Part shown: one piece after another, positions 58,594 through 64,000 of the stretch
How the letters are laid out: every line of letters begins with the position of its first letter
Position numbering within the stretch: the first letter of the stretch is position 1
IMG/VR virus record: IMGVR_UViG_3300024996_000004
Length of the DNA: 64,000 bases
Strand: one strand, 5' to 3'
DNA from: a virus
Notes under the pieces: model-generated
What the model saw: only the letters and a program-made list of their open reading frames with translations
Told to the model about the DNA's origin: nothing
The model's database searches: none
Translations under genes and position numbers: made by a program

Positions 58594-59316
58594 TTAATCG
58601 CAAAGATACAAGAATTTGCAGCCGGGAGAATCCAACTGAATCAATGCTTGTAAAGCAATATCAGCACTGATAAGCAAGAATGAATCATTATCTACAACAG
58701 CATATCTAGCAGCATTGACAGCATAGACAACGGCATCGACAGCATCGACAGCATGGGTTACAGCATAATAAGCAGCATTAGCAGCATCATAGGCATCATA
58801 GGCAGCATAAGCAGCATAAGCAGCATCAGCAGCATCAGCAGCATAAGCAGCATCATAGGCATCATTAGCAGCATCATAGGCAGCATTAGCAGCATCCAAA
58901 GTGCCGAGTTCTTCACAATTCTTGGCAGCTTTATTCAATGCTTCAGCATGTTCAGGATTAGCATTAGCAGCATTTCGCAAAGCTATGGGCAGCACTCGAC
59001 GGATTGTTTGATTTGTCACAATCTTTGCAAATGTTTTCTGGTCAATGTTATCACTACCAAGCTGCGCAACGGCCAGCTTGCGCATGCCAGCAGCACGCGC
59101 AGCATCGCTAGACCAATCAGCATCATTCAATGCTATCTTAAATGCTCGCACAGCATTGCCAACACACGTCGGTCGGTCGCTATGCGGGAGTCCTTGAGCA
59201 TAGCACACCGCAGCCTCTACACACATCTGACCGGGCACTGGGGTGCCCAAGCCATTGACCAGTCCTTGATCGACAACTGAAAGTAACTTTGAAACAAATT
59301 TCTTAGTGATGTTCAT
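58594..59316 (-). CDS. family B paralog 3 (Ala-rich cassette)
   Basis: paralog of 51794. Confidence 0.85.
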   Translation of the reverse strand: MNITKKFVSKLLSVVDQGLVNGLGTPVPGQMCVEAAVCYAQGLPHSDRPTCVGNAVRAFKIALNDADWSSDAARAAGMRKLAVAQLGSDNIDQKTFAKIVTNQTIRRVLPIALRNAANANPEHAEALNKAAKNCEELGTLDAANAAYDAANDAYDAAYAADAADAAYAAYAAYDAYDAANAAYYAVTHAVDAVDAVVYAVNAARYAVVDNDSFLLISADIALQALIQLDSPGCKFLYLCD

Positions 59317-59318
59317 GA

Positions 59319-59615
59319 TTAATCCTCTTCGATTCTACTATGTTCATCAGCATACAAATCTTCAAGTTCTTCTTCAAGAAGAAAAATTTCATCTTCAATA
59401 GCATCATAATGTGCTTCAGTAGCCAATCGAATAACATCCAATTCTTTCAATATAGAATCATTGTGTTCATCGAGAGTATCGTCGTCACAATTATCCCAAA
59501 ATTTGGCGGAAGCTACTGCATATTTTTCAGCAGCTTCATCCATTTTCTTTTCAGCTTCAAGCAATTCTTGACTCAACTTTTGAATGCGAGTCTGAATGTT
59601 GATGATGTTACTCAT
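59319..59615 (-). CDS. acidic coiled-coil protein
   Basis: very D/E-rich; early promoter upstream (TTGACA near 59679). Confidence 0.65.
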   Translation of the reverse strand: MSNIINIQTRIQKLSQELLEAEKKMDEAAEKYAVASAKFWDNCDDDTLDEHNDSILKELDVIRLATEAHYDAIEDEIFLLEEELEDLYADEHSRIEED

Positions 59616-59684
59616 GTCACTTAATTTCCTGTAGTGGATTAGGTTATAGTAAGATAATCTATTACAATATCAATGTCAATAGTG

Positions 59685-59882
59685 TTAACGCGCCGCAATC
59701 AACATTCCTAAAAATATGATGATTAAAAATCCTGCATAAGCTACAACAGAATGTCCACGTTCCGTAAATGATCCTAAATTATACTTAATGCAAAGCTTTT
59801 TACACCATGCTTCACCAAAATACAAAAATGAAAATCCTGAAACGACTACAAATAAAAAACCTTCCAGAGCATGTGCAAACAT
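59685..59882 (-). CDS. small membrane protein
   Basis: two TMs. Confidence 0.55.
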   Translation of the reverse strand: MFAHALEGFLFVVVSGFSFLYFGEAWCKKLCIKYNLGSFTERGHSVVAYAGFLIIIFLGMLIAAR

Positions 59883-60143
59883 AAATTCACCTGTTTATAT
59901 TTTTATTTATTTCTAAATTTTGGTGCCATCTAATTTAAATCTAGGAAACAGTGTAGAACAAAAGGAATCTCCACTGCATTGATTAGTATAATATTTTCTT
60001 ACACATTTCGCTATAGCAGAACCATAACCTTTATTTCTTTCCGATTTTTTGGTATAAAAATGGACTTTAGTAAAGAATGAACGTTTACTATAGTAACCTA
60101 TTTCGTTTCTATACATCCATTTAGGTTGTTGCCATGTTAATGA

Positions 60144-60380
60144 TCAAGATTTAATGCTATCATTTTTATCTTTGATATAAAAAACAATAGGATTTGATTT
60201 TTCGAAGTTTACAATAGAATCAGCTGTTTTATCTTCAATTTTATTGATTAATGATTTTAACGTGCATTGCATCAAACCTGCTTGATGACAATTTAAGATC
60301 ATCAATTGTTGTTTAATTTTTGGAGATATTTCATATAATGATTTAATATACACTTTATTCGTGTAAACAATCCTTAACAA
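60144..60380 (-). CDS. hypothetical protein
   Basis: 78 aa ORF. Confidence 0.4.
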   Translation of the reverse strand: MLRIVYTNKVYIKSLYEISPKIKQQLMILNCHQAGLMQCTLKSLINKIEDKTADSIVNFEKSNPIVFYIKDKNDSIKS

Positions 60381-60571
60381 GAATGTAAATGCTCATCTGA
60401 AATAATCAGTAACATTACACTAATAATTAACCAAAATACAGCAGCTACTAATTTCCATGCTCCTTTCTTATGTTCATGATAAGAATGCCAGAACGTCCAT
60501 GCTCCACCAATTGAAGCTATCAAATGATAACCAAAATGGAAAACCAACAAAAAATTTAAAAACACTGACAT
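60374..60571 (-). CDS. small membrane protein
   Basis: two TMs. Confidence 0.55.
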   Translation of the reverse strand: MSVFLNFLLVFHFGYHLIASIGGAWTFWHSYHEHKKGAWKLVAAVFWLIISVMLLIISDEHLHSC

Positions 60572-60577
60572 TAATAA

Positions 60578-60796
60578 TTACTTCTTTTTCTTGGGTTCTT
60601 GAGGCATATCAGGATCACGTTTCCGCCTCTTTTCCATCTTTACACCGTTCTTAAATTTATGATAAGCTGACGAATTCAGCAAATCGCGCCAAACTTTCTT
60701 TTCTGCACCTGTCTTGGCAGTGGACAGATAATGCCGAACAATCTTAATCGACATTGGATATTCAAAATCAGTACGGTATTCCATATCACGAGACAT
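60578..60796 (-). CDS. small basic protein
   Basis: GGAG RBS, K/R-rich. Confidence 0.6.
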   Translation of the reverse strand: MSRDMEYRTDFEYPMSIKIVRHYLSTAKTGAEKKVWRDLLNSSAYHKFKNGVKMEKRRKRDPDMPQEPKKKK

Positions 60797-60854
60797 TTTT
60801 TATTTACTCCGTTGTAAGTAGGTAAGGTAATGATATAACGTAAACAATTTAAAG

Positions 60855-61493
60855 TCAATATTTCATTGCTTTTTTAGCTATTTTGATTAGATTAATATTC
60901 TTATGAAAACAGGCAGCATTGGCAGCATTGGCAGCATTGGCAGCATTAGCGGCACTGGCAACATCGACAGCATTGCGAAAACAGGCAGCATTGGCAGCAT
61001 ACCATGCAGCATGAGCAGCATCATAGGCAGCATTAGCAGCATCATAGGTAGCATTGGCGGCAGCATTGATAGCATCATTAGCAGCATCCGCAGTTCGATC
61101 TTTATTCGATAACCAATTATTAGCCCATGTTACAAAATTTGTCTCTTTGTAAACTTCAAGAGCACACAAAATAGCAAATGCTACTTTTTGTGTGATAGTA
61201 ATTGTTGGTAATGCTATTTCTTTCTTTGTAGTAAGCTTGGTAAATCCGATTTTCAATCCACGATCATTCTTTTTCAGACCTGAACCATAAGCTTCCCATA
61301 ATTTAGGAGTCATAAAACTAACATGAATCGAGCTTAATAACACCGCCAATAATGGATGAGAATAAGCATGTAACCAACCAGCCGAACACAATCCGCCTTT
61401 ACCTGAAGTCGAATGAGAAATACCTTCTCCCCACAATGTATTATTCATTGTGGTGTTGTCTTGTGCTGTCAATTTATAACATTTCGTTGCCAT
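60855..61493 (-). CDS. family A paralog 3
   Basis: paralog of 45915. Confidence 0.85.
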   Translation of the reverse strand: MATKCYKLTAQDNTTMNNTLWGEGISHSTSGKGGLCSAGWLHAYSHPLLAVLLSSIHVSFMTPKLWEAYGSGLKKNDRGLKIGFTKLTTKKEIALPTITITQKVAFAILCALEVYKETNFVTWANNWLSNKDRTADAANDAINAAANATYDAANAAYDAAHAAWYAANAACFRNAVDVASAANAANAANAANAACFHKNINLIKIAKKAMKY

Positions 61494-61587
61494 GGATTTA
61501 TTCCAATTTCCGAGTGTCTTTTTTTTTAAACGACAATAGTTGTTTACTGATAGAATTATTATCTATATCTCTCGGAAATATAGATAA

Positions 61588-61845
61588 TTACTCGGAAGCA
61601 ACCGGCTTGCGTGCATTATAAAAATACACATTTGCAGTGCCTTCTGTAACACCAAGTTGTGCAACCAATTCCTTAACAGCTTCCTTATGAGTAAGTTTTT
61701 CAGGCGGTAAGCTTGCGAGTAAAGCGCGAGCACGACTAAACTTGCTATTAGGATCGACCTTGCGACCCTTGCGCTTTGCAGGAGCAGGAGCAGAAACGGC
61801 AGTGTCTACAACGGTATCATTGGTTACAGTAACAGTATCGTTCAT
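61588..61845 (-). CDS. small basic putative DNA-binding protein
   Basis: KRKGRK..SK..RAR, LG.T..TA..YFY; AAGGA RBS, early promoter. Confidence 0.6.
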   Translation of the reverse strand: MNDTVTVTNDTVVDTAVSAPAPAKRKGRKVDPNSKFSRARALLASLPPEKLTHKEAVKELVAQLGVTEGTANVYFYNARKPVASE

Positions 61846-62107
61846 AATAAATTTCCTTTAGTTTTGTTTAAATTGTTGTCCACCATTGGACAGATTAGAT
61901 ATTACATTTCTGAAACTTAAATGTCAATTGATATCGATTTATTGTTAATAGATTATTCAGCTTGAATCATATTCTCAACTTCTTCGGCTATTAATTCTTG
62001 CCGTGTTGGAATATAATTATTTTGATTAAAATTAAAAATCGGAATAATAACATTATCCCGATTTTCATCTTCTCCGGGGCGATATTTACAATTGTCGATT
62101 AACAATA

Positions 62108-62551
62108 TCATTGTAGTTTACTTTTAACAAGTTGTGAAACTTTAGTCATATCACACTTACCTAACAATTGAGATTTTACTAATCCCATAATACGTCCCAT
62201 ATCTTTAATGGAATTTGATCCAACATTGTGCAATGCTTGAGCTACAACAATGTCAATTTCCTCTTGAGAAGCTTGTTCTGGCAAAAACTCTTTAATGATT
62301 TTTAGTTCATTTTCTTCAATCGCCGTTAAATCAACTCTACCTGCTGCACTAAATTGCATTATAGATTCATTATGTTGTTTAACCATTTTATTTAAAATGG
62401 TTAAAACGCCATTATCATCTTGTTCAATTCGGGTATCGACTTCTACTTGTTTAATTGCAGCCATAATGGAATTGATTATCTGACTACGTTGAGAATTTTT
62501 CGCTTTCAACGCTGCAACCCATTCATTTTTAATTCTTTCTTTAAGATTCAT
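62108..62551 (-). CDS. GatB/YqeY domain protein
   Basis: ALKA, I.AAIKQ.E, K...ESI.QF..AGR.DL...E, FLP.Q, KDMG.IMG. Confidence 0.9.
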   Translation of the reverse strand: MNLKERIKNEWVAALKAKNSQRSQIINSIMAAIKQVEVDTRIEQDDNGVLTILNKMVKQHNESIMQFSAAGRVDLTAIEENELKIIKEFLPEQASQEEIDIVVAQALHNVGSNSIKDMGRIMGLVKSQLLGKCDMTKVSQLVKSKLQ

Positions 62552-62781
62552 AAATTCCAACCATTCGTTGCTTGAACGATGACAACTGTTTGTTTCATGG
62601 TTTCAGGGAAGTCTAAATAATTCTCTTTAGCGGCTGATATGGCTTCTGCTTCAGTTTTATACCACATTCCATAATCAACAACAGGCATTAATTCCACCCA
62701 CGTCCATGAAAATTCTGTAGACGGTTCTGTTGCATATACATGTTTACTGATTTTAGGCAGTTTCATTTTCCTCTCTCCCAT
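62548..62781 (-). CDS. hypothetical protein
   Basis: ORF, start probably 62766. Confidence 0.55.
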   Translation of the reverse strand: MGERKMKLPKISKHVYATEPSTEFSWTWVELMPVVDYGMWYKTEAEAISAAKENYLDFPETMKQTVVIVQATNGWNL

Positions 62782-63226
62782 AACTTAAAGCATTTATCCA
62801 ATAATTGATTGCAATAACTTTATTATATTCATCATAATGATGACGTTTCAAACAGTAAAAAAAATAATTAAAACAATTAACTTTCAATTCATTATATCCA
62901 AGAACAGATAGAAATTTAAGAAGTCTTGTGACGCGAAGATTATTATGATGAATTGAATTATCCATTAATAACGAATAATGAGTCATAAAATGATGAACCA
63001 TCTTATATATTTTTAATTCACAATTTTTCTTCAAAAAATCTAAAGTATCAATATTTAAGACAGGAGAACCGGGAACCACTTCGCTAGGTTCAAAATTAGG
63101 GAAAGCTCGCTGACACCATGTATGACATTTTTCTAAATCTTCATAGTTCCATGACAACACCTGATTATAAATGGGATTATTATCATGTTCAATGTTTAGA
63201 TAAAAATTCTCGATATCATTAGTCAT
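62753..63226 (-). CDS. OGFr-like (opioid growth factor receptor N-terminal) domain protein
   Basis: W....LE..H.W.Q..FP...PS, HNNLRVTRLLK.L..LG, YW. Confidence 0.7.
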   Translation of the reverse strand: MTNDIENFYLNIEHDNNPIYNQVLSWNYEDLEKCHTWCQRAFPNFEPSEVVPGSPVLNIDTLDFLKKNCELKIYKMVHHFMTHYSLLMDNSIHHNNLRVTRLLKFLSVLGYNELKVNCFNYFFYCLKRHHYDEYNKVIAINYWINALSYGREENETA

Positions 63227-63228
63227 AA

Positions 63229-63648
63229 TTACCTCAACATTTCCAAAAGTGAACCGTTACTGATGGAGTAGATTATACGCGGAATTTGCAATTTATCAAT
63301 CAATCGCTGACAACCAATACAGGGGCACGATTCAGACAAATTCCCATGTTGATCTGTCCTAACTACAAACAAAGTAGCTTTTGACATGTTCAAATGTTTA
63401 ACACTTTTAAGACAATCGACTTCGGCATGTCTCCATGTTAAATGAGACAACCGTGCATATTCTTTCTGTAAAGGATCGGATTTAGCTTTGTTTACACCAA
63501 TACTTACAATCTTGCCTTTGATGGTCAACATTGCAGCATGCTTACAACGCATTTCATGTGTAAGATTTTGTGAAATTTGTTGCAAATTCTTACAATAATG
63601 CAGTTCGAAATTTTTGATAGTCATGCCATTATAGTATAACGTAAACAC
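63229..63648 (-). CDS. CMP/dCMP-type zinc deaminase-like
   Basis: H.A, G.N, HAE, L.V.R, S.PC..C. Confidence 0.8.
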   Translation of the reverse strand: MFTLYYNGMTIKNFELHYCKNLQQISQNLTHEMRCKHAAMLTIKGKIVSIGVNKAKSDPLQKEYARLSHLTWRHAEVDCLKSVKHLNMSKATLFVVRTDQHGNLSESCPCIGCQRLIDKLQIPRIIYSISNGSLLEMLR

Positions 63649-63655
63649 TCTAAAG

Positions 63656-64000
63656 TCAATATTTCATAGCTTTTTTGGCTAATTTGATTAAATCAATATC
63701 ATTGTTAACATTGTTAGCAGCAGTAGCAATATAAACATTATAATAGTCTTTGGCAGCATAACGAGCAGCATCGGCAGCATAATAAGCAGCATCAACAACA
63801 TAATAAGCAGCATAATAAGCAGCACGGGCAGCATTGATGGCAGCATAGGTAGCATTGGCAGCAGCATTGGCAACAGCATAGGCAGCAGCATCCGCAGTTC
63901 GATCTTTACCAGATAACCAATTATTAGCCCATGTCACAAATCTTGGTTCTTTACAAACTTCAAGAGCACAAAGAATAGCAAATGCTATTTTCTGTGTATC
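63656..64000 (-). CDS. family A paralog 4 (5' end beyond window)
   Basis: identical flanks with 45915 copy. Confidence 0.85.
   Translation of the reverse strand, partial: DTQKIAFAILCALEVCKEPRFVTWANNWLSGKDRTADAAAYAVANAAANATYAAINAARAAYYAAYYVVDAAYYAADAARYAAKDYYNVYIATAANNVNNDIDLIKLAKKAMKY

Noticed and set aside
46339-63873. Ala-rich cassettes as DGR variable regions
   Set aside because: Codons are mostly NNY, as DGR mutagenesis would give, but cassettes differ in length and no reverse transcriptase or AAY-rich template repeat is in this window; not supportable here.
1-64000. Integrase, transposase, rRNA, cas genes, reverse transcriptase, smpB, Ro60
   Set aside because: No ORF or RNA with the corresponding motifs was seen in this window.

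Overview
AT-rich, gene-dense 64 kb segment of a large T4-superfamily-like (jumbo) myophage. The call rests on rIIA/rIIB, a gp61-like primase, NAD-dependent ligase, PhoH, GroES, T4-type late promoters (TATAAATA/TAAATA) and many sigma70-type early promoters. The left ~41 kb mixes nucleotide/NAD enzymes (a PRTase-like / NadE / 2OG-Fe(II) oxygenase / HxGH adenylyltransferase cluster, Nudix, HAD, MazG, macro, truncated Sir2), anti-CBASS genes (Acb1-like, Acb2-like), Pro/Thr-linker virion proteins and a set of late-expressed enzymes with T4-like capsid-targeting leaders. It also holds a circularly permuted (two-piece) tmRNA gene. The right ~23 kb is an early-gene region with a strand switch near 49.07 kb. 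It carries 10 tRNA or tRNA-like genes, several structurally aberrant (long-variable-arm Glu/Thr/Ile(UAU), D-armless Arg next to an Rnl2 ligase), and at least three unannotated structured ncRNAs, one a promoter-driven RNA containing a circularly permuted tRNA module (Y-RNA/YrlA-like). It also has two multicopy gene families whose copies have identical flanks around a variable Ala-rich cassette. Protein calls are from motif recognition only; no database searches were run.
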